Assembly (NCBI GenBank): GCA_964651115.1
Contig: CAZYXJ010000001.1
Coordinates: 213,077-277,076 of the forward strand
Origin: an uncultured Candidatus Saccharibacteria bacterium
GTDB taxonomy: Bacteria; Patescibacteriota; Minisyncoccia; Phycocordibacterales; JACOZG01
Direction: 5' to 3'
Length of the DNA: 64,000 nt
Part shown: positions 8,110 to 17,305 of the stretch, piece by piece
Position numbering within the stretch: the stretch's first letter is position 1
Layout of the letters: every line of letters begins with the position of its first letter
The notes under the pieces: generated by a model
What the model was told of the DNA's origin: nothing
What the model saw: the letters and a program-made list of their open reading frames with translations, nothing else
Databases searched by the model: none
Position numbers and translations under genes: made by a program

Positions 8110-9108
8110 ATGGACACGACAGAACAATTTGACTTTATCGCCATCGGCGACATTACCACCGACGCTTTTATCCGAATTAAAGAGGCCGATATCCATTGCC
8201 AGGTCAACAAAGCGGATTGCCAGATCTGCATGCGCTTCGGCGACAAGATCCCCTATGAGTCCGTCACCGTCGTCCCGGCAGTAGGCAACTCGCCCAACGC
8301 CGCCACCAGCGCTGCTCGGCTTGGACTCAAGACCGCCCTCGTCACCAATCTAGGCGCGGATCGCGACGGCGATGAGGCGCTCGCCGAGCTAACCAAAAAC
8401 GGCATCAACGCCACCTTCGTCGCTCGCCACGCCGACAAAAAAACTAATTACCACTACGTCCTGTGGTATCACGACGACCGCACCATCCTCATCAAACACG
8501 AAGAGTATCCTTACCGCTTACCCGAGATCGGCACGCCCCGCTGGATCTATCTCAGCTCGCTGGGTGAAAATTCTCTGCCCTTCCAACACGAGATCGCTGA
8601 TTATGTGAAAAAAAATCCCTTAATCAAACTCGCCTTCCAGCCGGGCACTTTCCAGATTAAAAATAGCCGTGAGCTGGCCGACGTCTATGCCGTGACGGAA
8701 ATCTTTTTCTGTAACGTTGAGGAGGCCAAACGCATTCTCGGCACCACGGCAGGCGAAATAAAAGAGCTTCTCACTGGTCTCGCCGCCCTCGGCCCCAAGA
8801 TCGTGATCATTACTGATGGCGCGCGCGGCGCTTATGCCTACTCGGCCGAAACGGGCGCCTGGTTTATGCCACCTTATCCTGATCCCAAACCACCCCTAGA
8901 GCGCACTGGCGCCGGGGACTCTTTTGCCTCAACCGTGACGGCCGCTCTCGCGCTTGGCAAAACTCTGCCCGAAGCCCTAGCGTGGGGACCAATCAACTCG
9001 ATGTCGGTTGTCCAACACGTCGGCGCGCAAGCCGGCCTCCTGCCTCGATCGGAATTGGAACGCTACTTAGGCCAAGCGCCGACAGATTACACCGCCCGAC
9101 CGCTGTAA
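8110..9108 (+). CDS. PfkB-family carbohydrate kinase
   Basis: N-terminal GDITTD pattern and C-terminal TGAGDSFASTV anion-hole motif of the ribokinase/PfkB family. Confidence 0.85.
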   Translation: MDTTEQFDFIAIGDITTDAFIRIKEADIHCQVNKADCQICMRFGDKIPYESVTVVPAVGNSPNAATSAARLGLKTALVTNLGADRDGDEALAELTKNGINATFVARHADKKTNYHYVLWYHDDRTILIKHEEYPYRLPEIGTPRWIYLSSLGENSLPFQHEIADYVKKNPLIKLAFQPGTFQIKNSRELADVYAVTEIFFCNVEEAKRILGTTAGEIKELLTGLAALGPKIVIITDGARGAYAYSAETGAWFMPPYPDPKPPLERTGAGDSFASTVTAALALGKTLPEALAWGPINSMSVVQHVGAQAGLLPRSELERYLGQAPTDYTARPL

Positions 9109-9127
9109 AAAATTTGGCATTAAAAAA

Positions 9128-9154
9128 CCCGTCGCTCCCAAGCGACGGGTTTTG
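9128..9154 (+). terminator. Rho-independent terminator after the PfkB kinase gene
   Basis: CCCGTCGCT-CCCA-AGCGACGGG followed by TTTTGGG. Confidence 0.7.
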
Positions 9155-9234
9155 GGTTGGCGGAAGAGTGCTTCTTTCCCAACCGCCATTTCTTCTCCGG
9201 AAAGCACCTACAACGAGACGATCAGGACACCACT

Positions 9235-9660
9235 ATGTCCATCAACCTGCAAGAGACGGATCACCTCCCCCAAATCCAAAACCTCCATGACCAGCAAACC
9301 GTCGGGTTTGAACCTGACGCGCAAACCCTGCCCCGACCGATCAGTCACCCGGAGAATGTCGCAGAACGTTACTCCCGCGAACACCTCCGGAAACTGAACT
9401 CGGCACTGATGGAAATCCTCCTCGGTCGCCAGCCGGCAACCGAAGGGCTGACACATGGATTGGCCCCATTCTCCCAGACAGTGGCCCACATCAACTTGCC
9501 CATACACGCACACTTGGTAGACGCAAGTCGGTGCCAGAACGCTCCCACTCATACAGGTCTCCGTTCCTGTTACCAAAGAACAATCGCCTTACCAAAGAAC
9601 AATCGCCAGTCGACCGCCGACTGGCGCAAAAAGGAGAATAGCACACTCTCCCATCATTGA
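9235..9660 (+). CDS. Hypothetical protein (doubtful; Q/H/P/T-rich)
   Basis: ATG at 9235 with AGGA 9 nt upstream and C/G-biased third positions. A comparably long antisense ORF (9208-9576) and the odd composition leave coding status unresolved. Confidence 0.25.
   Translation: MSINLQETDHLPQIQNLHDQQTVGFEPDAQTLPRPISHPENVAERYSREHLRKLNSALMEILLGRQPATEGLTHGLAPFSQTVAHINLPIHAHLVDASRCQNAPTHTGLRSCYQRTIALPKNNRQSTADWRKKENSTLSHH
9570..9607. repeat. Perfect tandem duplication, 2 x 19 bp (TTACCAAAGAACAATCGCC)
   Basis: Read directly. Followed by a 9-bp-stem hairpin, CGCCAGTCG-ACCGC-CGACTGGCG (9604-9626). Confidence 0.9.
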
Positions 9661-9671
9661 CAAACTGTGGA

Positions 9672-10670
9672 TTACTGTCGCTTGCGAGCAATCGCCCGGC
9701 CGACCGCGGCCTTAATACTGCCCACGCCTAAACCATAATGATTAAGCAGTTCGTCGGGCGTACCAGACTGACCAAATTGATCATCAATCCCCACCCGGAC
9801 CAGCGGCACCGGGCATTGTTCGCCCAAAACCTCCGCCACCGCGCCACCCAAGCCGCCCGCGCGCTGATGCTCTTCCACCGTGATCACGGCGCCAGCGCCA
9901 GCTGCCCAGACCACCGCCTCCGTATCCAGGGGCTTAATCGTATGCATATTAATCACCGCTACTTCCGTCCCCGCCTCAGCCAGTTCCGCCGCGGCCGTCA
10001 AAGCAGAATAGACCATCTGACCACAGGCAATAATCGTTACTTGCGGCTTTTCTGGTTGGCGGAGCACATTGGCCCGACCAATTAAAAAGGGTGACTCCTC
10101 CGTTGTCACCACCGGCGACTTTTCGCGCGCGAGACGCAGATAAGCGGGGCCAACATAAGACGCCAGCGCCAGCGTCGCCTTGCGCGCCTCAATCGCGTCG
10201 GCCGGTACCACCACCGTCATCCGGGGTACGACACGCATGATCGCAATATCTTCGATCGCCTGATGCGTCCCACCATCTGGCCCCACGGAAACGCCAGCAT
10301 GCGAACCAACCACCTTAACGTTGCGATCGTTGTAACAAATCGTCGTCCGAATTTGTTCCCAATTACGACCAGGACTAAACATCGCGTACGAAGTTAAAAA
10401 AGGGATCTTGCCCATCGCCGCCATGCCGCTGGCGACGCTCGCCAAGTTCTGCTCCGCCACGCCAATCTCCACGTAACGCTCGGGAAATTTGTTTTTAAAT
10501 AAATGCATCTGCGTTGACTCTACTAAGTCGGCACACAAACCAACCACTTCGGCATTGGCCTCCGCGGCGGCGAGCAACCCTTCACCAAAGCCCTTGCGAA
10601 TCGGCACTCGCTCCACGTCGAGCTTAAAAAGTTTGGGATTTAATTTTTGACCTTCAACTAAATTATTCAT
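9672..10670 (-). CDS. Transketolase, C-terminal (pyrimidine-binding) subunit
   Basis: Start moved to ATG 10670, overlapping the upstream subunit by 8 nt. Pattern IRKGFGEGL...EIGVAEQN...GPDGGTHQAIEDIA. Confidence 0.9.
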   Translation of the reverse strand: MNNLVEGQKLNPKLFKLDVERVPIRKGFGEGLLAAAEANAEVVGLCADLVESTQMHLFKNKFPERYVEIGVAEQNLASVASGMAAMGKIPFLTSYAMFSPGRNWEQIRTTICYNDRNVKVVGSHAGVSVGPDGGTHQAIEDIAIMRVVPRMTVVVPADAIEARKATLALASYVGPAYLRLAREKSPVVTTEESPFLIGRANVLRQPEKPQVTIIACGQMVYSALTAAAELAEAGTEVAVINMHTIKPLDTEAVVWAAGAGAVITVEEHQRAGGLGGAVAEVLGEQCPVPLVRVGIDDQFGQSGTPDELLNHYGLGVGSIKAAVGRAIARKRQ

Positions 10671-11529
10671 GTTCGCCTTTGATCCGACCACTTAGACTGC
10701 GTAATTCTTTTAACGCCACCACTCCTTCCTCAGCGTTGGGCGGCTTGCCGTGCCACTCAAACTGTCGCTCAAACTGCGGTACGCCCTTAGACGGAATCGT
10801 GTGCGCGATAATGCAACTCGGCCGATTGAAAACCGCCTTGGCATGACCCACCGCTTCGGCAATTGATTCGAAGTTATGACCGTCAATATCTTGAACGTGC
10901 CAACCAAAGCTCTCCCACTTCTCCTTAAGCGGCTCCAGCGGCATCACCGTCTCAGTAAAGCCGTCGATCTGGATATTGTTGCGGTCAACGATCACAATTA
11001 AATTATGCAAAGCCTCGCGGCCGGCGAGCATCGCCGCCTCCCAGATCTGGCCGCAATTAAGTTCACCGTCGCCCGTGAGACAGTAGAAAAAGCGGTCACT
11101 CCGCCGGCCGCGATCCAGCCGGTCAGCCAAGGCCATCCCCACGGCCTGCGAGAGGCCCGAGCCCAGCGGGCCGGAGCTCGTCTCGAGCGCCGGGAGAAAC
11201 TCCCGGTGGGGATGGCCTTGCAAACGCGAACCAAACTTACGCAAAGTGACCAATTCCGAAACCGGAAAGTAACCAGCGTGGGCCATCGTCGCGTAAAGCA
11301 CTGGCGCGATGTGACCATTAGACAAAATCAAGCGATCGCGATCCTCCCAACGCGGATCCTCGGGCCGATGCTTTAACAAATGAAAATAAAGAGCGGTAAA
11401 AATGTCGGTCATGCCCAGCGGTCCTGCCGTGTGGCCAGAACCAGCCGCCAAAAGCATCTCAATAATCGACTGGCGGATCTGCTGCGCCTGCCGTTCTAAA
11501 AATTTTACTTTTTCGTCGTAAAGGATCAC
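10663..11529 (-). CDS. Transketolase, N-terminal (TPP-binding) subunit
   Basis: GSGHTAGPLG, LSNGHIAP, GDGELNCGQIWEA motifs. Confidence 0.9.
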   Translation of the reverse strand: MILYDEKVKFLERQAQQIRQSIIEMLLAAGSGHTAGPLGMTDIFTALYFHLLKHRPEDPRWEDRDRLILSNGHIAPVLYATMAHAGYFPVSELVTLRKFGSRLQGHPHREFLPALETSSGPLGSGLSQAVGMALADRLDRGRRSDRFFYCLTGDGELNCGQIWEAAMLAGREALHNLIVIVDRNNIQIDGFTETVMPLEPLKEKWESFGWHVQDIDGHNFESIAEAVGHAKAVFNRPSCIIAHTIPSKGVPQFERQFEWHGKPPNAEEGVVALKELRSLSGRIKGEHE

Positions 11530-12155
11530 AAATTTTGAAATTGCTTAATCGTCGCCGCCACATCCTCGCTCTCCCACAAGGCCGAACCCACCACCAAGCG
11601 ATCAGCACCAGCCGCTAAGAGCGCCGGGGCATTAGCCAACGTCACGCCACCGTCAATAGAAATTGTAACATCCGGAAATTGCTGTCGCAAAGATTTAATT
11701 TTTTCTTCAATCCCCGCCACCAGCGGCTGACCATGCTGACCAATGGCGGCGATACTCATCAACTGCACCAATTTAAGATTTTCGCGATAGGCTTCTAAAA
11801 CACTAAGCGACGTTGGCCACAACAGAGCTAATCCCAGCTGATTGGGGCGACCGGCGACGGCACCAAAAATCTGTCGCAGTCGATCGCTCGCTTCGTAGTG
11901 GACGATCAAACGATCGGCCCCCGCCAACCAACCAGCCAACTCTGTCTCGGGCTCCTCAATCATCAGATGGACCTCGATCTTAACCTTGCCAGGCACCAGG
12001 GCCAGATCGTCGGCGGTGCCCCACGTCTCCGGACTGGCAAAATGTCCGTCCGTCACATCAATTTGCACCCAATCAACCAAACCTTCGACTTGCGCGATCT
12101 TAGAAGTGATCTCTCGAAAATTTTTACCAATGATTGCCGGAATGATTTGCGCCAT
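11526..12155 (-). CDS. rpe: Ribulose-phosphate 3-epimerase
   Basis: Start moved to ATG 12155 (MAQIIPAII). Pattern WVQIDVTDGHF...VHLM...ISIDGGV. Confidence 0.85.
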   Translation of the reverse strand: MAQIIPAIIGKNFREITSKIAQVEGLVDWVQIDVTDGHFASPETWGTADDLALVPGKVKIEVHLMIEEPETELAGWLAGADRLIVHYEASDRLRQIFGAVAGRPNQLGLALLWPTSLSVLEAYRENLKLVQLMSIAAIGQHGQPLVAGIEEKIKSLRQQFPDVTISIDGGVTLANAPALLAAGADRLVVGSALWESEDVAATIKQFQNL

Positions 12156-12159
12156 AATT

Positions 12160-12627
12160 TTAAAACTGATACTCGGTCTGCCCCTCTTGATCAATCTTAT
12201 TAATGCGGCGGACGTGACGATCATCGCCCGGGAAATCGGTCTTGAGCCAAAGCTCGACCATCGCTAGCGCCTGATCCTCTTTAACAAAGCGGGCGCCCAG
12301 GGAGAGCACGTTGGCGTTATTGTGCACGCGCGAGAGCGTGACGATGCCCTCGTCGCCGCCGTAGTAAACGGCGGCCCGGACACCCGGATAACGATTGGCC
12401 ACCATCGCCTCGCCCTGGCCCGAACCACCAAAAATTAGTCCCCGATCTTCGTCCGGATTAACCGCGACCTGTTTGCCGACTAGGTGGATAAAATCGGGAT
12501 AATCATCATTCTCCTCCAGCGCGAACGCCCCCTCGTCGTGAACCGTGTAGCCCAAAGACTTTAGTCGGACCTTAACCGCCTCCTTGAGTGCGTACCCTGC
12601 ATGATCCGCCGCCAAAAAAATTTTCAT
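12160..12627 (-). CDS. rpiB: Ribose-5-phosphate isomerase B
   Basis: MKIFLAADHAGYALKE...GGSGQGEAMVANR is the typical RpiB/LacAB pattern. Confidence 0.9.
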   Translation of the reverse strand: MKIFLAADHAGYALKEAVKVRLKSLGYTVHDEGAFALEENDDYPDFIHLVGKQVAVNPDEDRGLIFGGSGQGEAMVANRYPGVRAAVYYGGDEGIVTLSRVHNNANVLSLGARFVKEDQALAMVELWLKTDFPGDDRHVRRINKIDQEGQTEYQF

Positions 12628-12666
12628 AAACTACAAATAAAGAATAGCAATATAAGTTCATAATAT

Positions 12667-12695
12667 CAAAATGCCCCCGCAGTGGTTGCGGGGGC
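12667..12695 (-). terminator. Rho-independent terminator after ORF 12707-13240
   Basis: Minus strand GCCCCCGCA-ACCAC-TGCGGGGGC followed by ATTTTG. Confidence 0.6.
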
Positions 12696-12706
12696 TAAGT
12701 CTACTT

Positions 12707-13240
12707 TTAACCCCGCCAACTAAAATCGGGGTCAGAATCGCCGCGGGGATCAGGTGCTTCTGGCAAATCCTCTTCCGCTCCAACTCTCTGCCGAAACTGA
12801 TCATCCATAACACTAAAACAATCTTCTAGAAAGTGGCTACAAATTCCGATCGCCCACCACGTCTCTACTTCGTTTGAATCAGTCTCACCCTCCTCAAGAG
12901 TCCTCGTTTGGGGATTAAAAATTAACCAACGCAAACGATCCACGAAAGGTTCAGGGGCAGTTTTTCGAGAAGGCAGAAAATACTTGAAGTGGTGCACAAC
13001 CTGTCCCAAGCTTGTTTTTAGGGGCAGACCGGGCAACAAAACCAACCCAAGATCTTTAACTCTTTTCAAAACTGAGGTCTCGGGAAAAGACTCCTCCAGA
13101 TTAGCAAGATGCTCTGCGTTATAAAAAACGCCACAAAAAGCAAAGATCTGCCCCGGGGAAATGAATTTTTTTCCCAAGACCTCGCCTCGAGAGACAAAAC
13201 TCGCCTGGAAACAGTTAGGCGGAACGAGCTCAATCGTCAT
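12707..13240 (-). CDS. Hypothetical protein
   Basis: 177-aa ORF with its own terminator. No motif I recognise. Confidence 0.55.
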   Translation of the reverse strand: MTIELVPPNCFQASFVSRGEVLGKKFISPGQIFAFCGVFYNAEHLANLEESFPETSVLKRVKDLGLVLLPGLPLKTSLGQVVHHFKYFLPSRKTAPEPFVDRLRWLIFNPQTRTLEEGETDSNEVETWWAIGICSHFLEDCFSVMDDQFRQRVGAEEDLPEAPDPRGDSDPDFSWRG

Positions 13241-13284
13241 GATCTAGGCTCCTTAAAAAGAACTTTTTATCGTTATACCAGAAA

Positions 13285-13590
13285 CTAATCTTTCTCACCA
13301 GTAAGGATTAAACGCTTTTCAAAACCGCCGCGCTCCTCTTTTTTTCTCTGCCGCACCGCCTCCACCCCAGCATAATCTGGAAGCTTTTTAAGCGCCTCAA
13401 TGACCTCGAGCACATCTGCCAACTCCCCCACTTCTCCCGCGAGAGAAAATTCGGTCGCCTCTTCGACTAACTTCTTTATCAATTCTTCTCGATACTCCAA
13501 ATCTGTCGCAACCCGTTGCTCGTAAGCCACACCCTTAGCATCAAGGATCTCGGGAATCTTATCGCGAACTAATTTGTGATAATGGGTCAT
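13285..13590 (-). CDS. MazG-like / phosphoribosyl-ATP pyrophosphohydrolase-like NTP pyrophosphatase
   Basis: 101 aa. KLVRDKIPEIL...EEATEF...ELADVLEVIEAL all-alpha NTP-PPase pattern. Confidence 0.65.
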   Translation of the reverse strand: MTHYHKLVRDKIPEILDAKGVAYEQRVATDLEYREELIKKLVEEATEFSLAGEVGELADVLEVIEALKKLPDYAGVEAVRQRKKEERGGFEKRLILTGEKD

Positions 13591-14619
13591 TTATTTAATC
13601 CCTGCGGTTTCGATGACGTGACGAACGAGCGTGTGGGTGTACCCCATCTCATTATCGTACCAAGACAAAACCTTGACGAGATTGCCATCCACCACCATGG
13701 TAAACTCCGCGTCCACGATGGCCGCGTAAGCCAGACCGACGATATCGCTCGAGACTAACGGCTCATTACTGACGAGCAAGAGATCGCGCCAGCGCGGCGT
13801 GGCCGCCGCATCAGTCAAAAGCTTATTGACCTCCTCGGCACTCGTGCGCCGCTTGCTGATAAAGGTCACGTCGGCGATCGAACCAGTAATCACCGGCACG
13901 CGCAAAGAGATGCCATCGAACTTACCCCTAAGACTCGGGATTACCTCCGTTACCGAGATCGCCGCGCCCGTCGTCGACGGGATCACGTTGTGGGCCGCAG
14001 CGCGGCCGCGGCGATAATCCTTGGCGTCCGGCGAGTCAACCAAGCGTTGAGTAGCTGTGTAAGCGTGCACCGTCGAGAGGATCGCCTTTTCCACACCCAG
14101 GGTCTCATTCATAATTTGGATCACTGGCGAAGCGGCATTAGTGGTGCACGAAGCGTTAGAGGTGATCTGGCAACGCGCCAACTCCGACTCATTAATACCC
14201 ATCAGCACCGTCGCCCCGCTAATCCCCGGCACTGGCGTACCCTTAACGGGCGCCGAGACCACCACCTTATGCGCGCCGGCATCAATGTGCGCCTTGGCCT
14301 TGTCGTAACTATCAAAAAAACCAGTGGACTCAACGACCACATCAATCCCTAATTGCCCCCAAGGCAACTGCGCGGGGTCCTTTTGCTGAAAAAATTTAAT
14401 AACCTGATTATTAATCACCAATTCTCCCGGACGCACCTCCACCTGCAAGCCCGAACGACCGTAAGCACTGTCGTAGCGTAATAAATAAGCCAAGTTATCT
14501 AAATCTCCCAGATCGTTGACGGCCACCACTTGCACTTCCGGCTTAGTGAGGGCGACTTTAAGAAAGGCGCGACCGATCCGCCCCAGACCATTGATCGCCA
14601 CTTTAGCTTTAGTAGACAT
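13591..14619 (-). CDS. gap: Type I glyceraldehyde-3-phosphate dehydrogenase
   Basis: INGLGRIGR Rossmann motif and active-site SNASCTTN. Confidence 0.92.
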   Translation of the reverse strand: MSTKAKVAINGLGRIGRAFLKVALTKPEVQVVAVNDLGDLDNLAYLLRYDSAYGRSGLQVEVRPGELVINNQVIKFFQQKDPAQLPWGQLGIDVVVESTGFFDSYDKAKAHIDAGAHKVVVSAPVKGTPVPGISGATVLMGINESELARCQITSNASCTTNAASPVIQIMNETLGVEKAILSTVHAYTATQRLVDSPDAKDYRRGRAAAHNVIPSTTGAAISVTEVIPSLRGKFDGISLRVPVITGSIADVTFISKRRTSAEEVNKLLTDAAATPRWRDLLLVSNEPLVSSDIVGLAYAAIVDAEFTMVVDGNLVKVLSWYDNEMGYTHTLVRHVIETAGIK

Positions 14620-14652
14620 GATGATATTATATCATCAAACATTTAACGCTCC

Positions 14653-15102
14653 ATGTTTAGATCACTTCTCCGACTGGATAGGCACGTCATCAGCTTTGCT
14701 AATCACCACGGCCTCCTCCTGGCTCGCCTGGCCTTGGCGCTCGTCTATGGTTGGTTTGGCATTTTAAAATTAGTCGGCGCCAGTCCCGCCAACCCCCTCG
14801 TCGACGCCCTGCTCGGAAAAACTTTGCCCTTTCTCACCTTTGGCCAATTTATTATTATTCTCGGCTGGTGGGAGGTGGCGATTGCTATCGCCTTTCTCAT
14901 CCCGCGACTGGAGCGCGTCGCCATCCTCTTGGTGGCGCCCCATCTCGTCGTCACAGCGATGCCCCTCTTTCTGCTCCCCTCCCTCACTTGGCAAAGTAAC
15001 TGGATCCCCACCCTCGAAGGTCAATACATCATCAAAAACGCCGTGCTCGCGGCACTGGCGCTTTCGGTTGCTGGTCACTTAGAACCGCTAAATCGTCGTT
15101 AG
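14653..15102 (+). CDS. Small integral membrane protein (DoxX/DUF417-like)
   Basis: Four predicted hydrophobic helices. YGWFGILKL pattern. Confidence 0.65.
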   Translation: MFRSLLRLDRHVISFANHHGLLLARLALALVYGWFGILKLVGASPANPLVDALLGKTLPFLTFGQFIIILGWWEVAIAIAFLIPRLERVAILLVAPHLVVTAMPLFLLPSLTWQSNWIPTLEGQYIIKNAVLAALALSVAGHLEPLNRR

Positions 15103-15605
15103 CCCTTGATCTCGGGAAGATTTTCGGTCGCCAAAAAGGTGACGCGCAAGGGATTGCCGTCCGGACCCTCAAGCAAAGCATCCTCCACCACACTAAAGCG
15201 ATCATCGCCGTTATCGGCATAAAGCTCAACGAAATAATTTTTACCCTCCTCCAACTTTTCGATCAGATCAATCGTCCCTGCTCGCGTGTTGGCGTCAAAA
15301 TAGCCCGCCCCAATCACCGAACCGACGACGCCACTATCGTTGCGGCGAACAACCACCCAACCGCCCTCAGGCAAATCAACTTGCGAAACGTAGACGCTCG
15401 CCGCTGGCAATTGCAAGCCCACCGTAATCGTCGCCGTCCGGCCAGCCCGGATCGCCGCCGCGCGGTCGAAAGCGCTACCTACCGCGGCGGAGTTATCGTT
15501 GGCGCCGTCGCGAGTCGAGAGCCAGACAATCGCCCCGATCGCAATAATAATCACCACCACAATACCAATCACCACCTTGCGTGCGCCCGTCTCATTGGGT
15601 TCCAT
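15099..15605 (-). CDS. Membrane-anchored hypothetical protein
   Basis: Single N-terminal TM segment (VVIGIVVVIIIAIGAIVWL), then a soluble domain. Confidence 0.6.
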   Translation of the reverse strand: MEPNETGARKVVIGIVVVIIIAIGAIVWLSTRDGANDNSAAVGSAFDRAAAIRAGRTATITVGLQLPAASVYVSQVDLPEGGWVVVRRNDSGVVGSVIGAGYFDANTRAGTIDLIEKLEEGKNYFVELYADNGDDRFSVVEDALLEGPDGNPLRVTFLATENLPEIKG

Positions 15606-15668
15606 ATCAATAAATTAAGTTAATAATCATTAATTATATCAAAAATCATGAACCACCAGAATGGACGT

Positions 15669-16109
15669 TTAATGAAGTAGGGCCTTAAGCGCGGCTAGTG
15701 ACTTGGGCCACAGATCCTCAAACATGGGAGCATATTCGTCCGGGACGTCAATCAGCTCCACCACCAGCTCCGTACCGTCGCCGTGCTCGCGAAAAGTATA
15801 ATTTTCGTAAGCGACGTGGCCATCGGGCCAGGGCTTTTCCTCCCCCGCTATCACCTCGCCGTAATGCTCAATCGAGATATATTCGGGCGGCCGACTTTCT
15901 TTAATCCGCGAGAGCATCCCGCCCTCCACGCCCGTCTCAGGATGAGGGCCCAAAAACAACATTTTGCTACCCTCGCTCCAATCACCGCGGTAATACGACC
16001 CCTCGCAAAACACTTTGGTCCACTGACGATAGGTGGCATCCTCGAGCATTGTCTGCCAAACCTTTTCCCGTGGCGCCTCAATCTCAATCGAATATTTTAA
16101 ATTTTTCAT
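15669..16109 (-). CDS. SRPBCC/AHSA1-family protein
   Basis: IEIEAPREKVWQTMLEDATYRQW is a typical START/AHSA1-like N-terminus. Confidence 0.8.
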   Translation of the reverse strand: MKNLKYSIEIEAPREKVWQTMLEDATYRQWTKVFCEGSYYRGDWSEGSKMLFLGPHPETGVEGGMLSRIKESRPPEYISIEHYGEVIAGEEKPWPDGHVAYENYTFREHGDGTELVVELIDVPDEYAPMFEDLWPKSLAALKALLH

Positions 16110-16130
16110 ATATTTAAGTTACGGATAATC

Positions 16131-16439
16131 TCACTTTTTCTCCCAGCGATCTTTATCTCGACTATTCAACTTAGCCATCACCCGATCAAAGCCGCGATCC
16201 ATATCGAGGCCCAGAGAATTAGATAAACAGGTTAAAGTGAAGATAACATCAGCAACCTCTTCCTCAATATCCTGGACATCCTCAGTATCTTTTTTCTTTT
16301 TAGGACCAAAACGGTGATTTATTTCCCGAGCCAACTCCCCAATCTCTTCCGTCAAACGGGCCATTATTTCTAGGGGTTTAAAATAACCGATCTTATATTG
16401 TTGCACCCACCCCTCCACCTCTTGTTGGATTCTTTTCAT
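16131..16439 (-). CDS. MazG-type nucleotide pyrophosphohydrolase
   Basis: LTEEIGELAREIN...EEEVADVIFTLTCLSNSLGLD EExxE/D metal-binding pattern. Confidence 0.8.
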   Translation of the reverse strand: MKRIQQEVEGWVQQYKIGYFKPLEIMARLTEEIGELAREINHRFGPKKKKDTEDVQDIEEEVADVIFTLTCLSNSLGLDMDRGFDRVMAKLNSRDKDRWEKK

Positions 16440-16446
16440 ACGGCCA

Positions 16447-16890
16447 TTATTCCATATATTCTATTTCCAACCCAAGCCGCAGGGCCTGATCATGCTCCCA
16501 GCGTGCACCGACCGAAGACTGCCAATCAGGGAGAAAATACAACTTATGAACCAATTTAGACTCAAATATTGGCAAGTAAAAATCGATTAACAATAAGTCA
16601 TCGTAATGCTCAAACTCGCGTCGACTCTTAATGCGTTGCATCGGTACTTCAAAAGGAACTTGATCAAAAATCTCGATCCCTCTTTGTTGCAAACTAGCGA
16701 TCGTCACTTCGAATCGCTTTAAATTTTTCTCCACCGAACCAGCGCCACCGGTCGAAATCGGACCGCACACCTGGCCAATGGGTGGGGGCATTTTCCGCAA
16801 CACTTGTTCAGCAACAATAAAAAGATCCCGATAAGTCTCCGCTCGGTCTAAGCTGTCATAATGTTCTTGATCCCAATACTTAAGTGACAT
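16447..16890 (-). CDS. Nucleoside 2-deoxyribosyltransferase-like (DUF4406-like) protein
   Basis: VCGPISTGG...LPDWQSSVGARWEHDQALRLGLEI resembles the LPGWexSxGAxxE signature. Pattern-level call only. Confidence 0.5.
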   Translation of the reverse strand: MSLKYWDQEHYDSLDRAETYRDLFIVAEQVLRKMPPPIGQVCGPISTGGAGSVEKNLKRFEVTIASLQQRGIEIFDQVPFEVPMQRIKSRREFEHYDDLLLIDFYLPIFESKLVHKLYFLPDWQSSVGARWEHDQALRLGLEIEYME

Positions 16891-16903
16891 AAAATTGTAA
16901 ATT

Positions 16904-17305
16904 TTACCTTATTTTCTTAACGACGGTGCCGTAAAAAATTGATGATCTGGTCCTGGAACCACCCGACTCAAAACCCACGAAAAGGCTGGGGTTTTTTATA
17001 ACCTTGTAATAATCTCCTCTGAAATAAAAAGTTTCTTTTAAATTGAATCTTTCAGCATTATAAATCTCTTCAAAAACATAAACTCCCCCTCCACGAGATA
17101 ATGGCTCACCCTCAAGCACCGCCACCTCATCACTCGATTGATACATTTTTTGAGAGTCAAAAAACTCTATATCGCCAAAAGGAATACGATTCTTTACTTC
17201 AGCTAAAAACGTTTTCTTTATATTAACGTCAAATGCCCAACCCAAAGCAAGAATACCAACCGCAATAAAAAACGAAAATTTATGCCTCAAGATAAAATTA
17301 ATCAC
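16904..17305 (-). CDS. Membrane-anchored hypothetical protein (third gene of the TA-like operon)
   Basis: N-terminal TM segment FSFFIAVGILALGWAF. 4-nt ATGA overlap with the upstream ORF. Confidence 0.55.
   Translation of the reverse strand: MINFILRHKFSFFIAVGILALGWAFDVNIKKTFLAEVKNRIPFGDIEFFDSQKMYQSSDEVAVLEGEPLSRGGGVYVFEEIYNAERFNLKETFYFRGDYYKVIKNPSLFVGFESGGSRTRSSIFYGTVVKKIR

Noticed and set aside
9208-9576. Cys-rich 122-aa minus-strand ORF as a real gene
   Set aside because: It is antisense to an equally long plus-strand ORF, has no start context or recognisable family, and cannot be chosen over the alternative from sequence alone. The region is reported as ambiguous instead.
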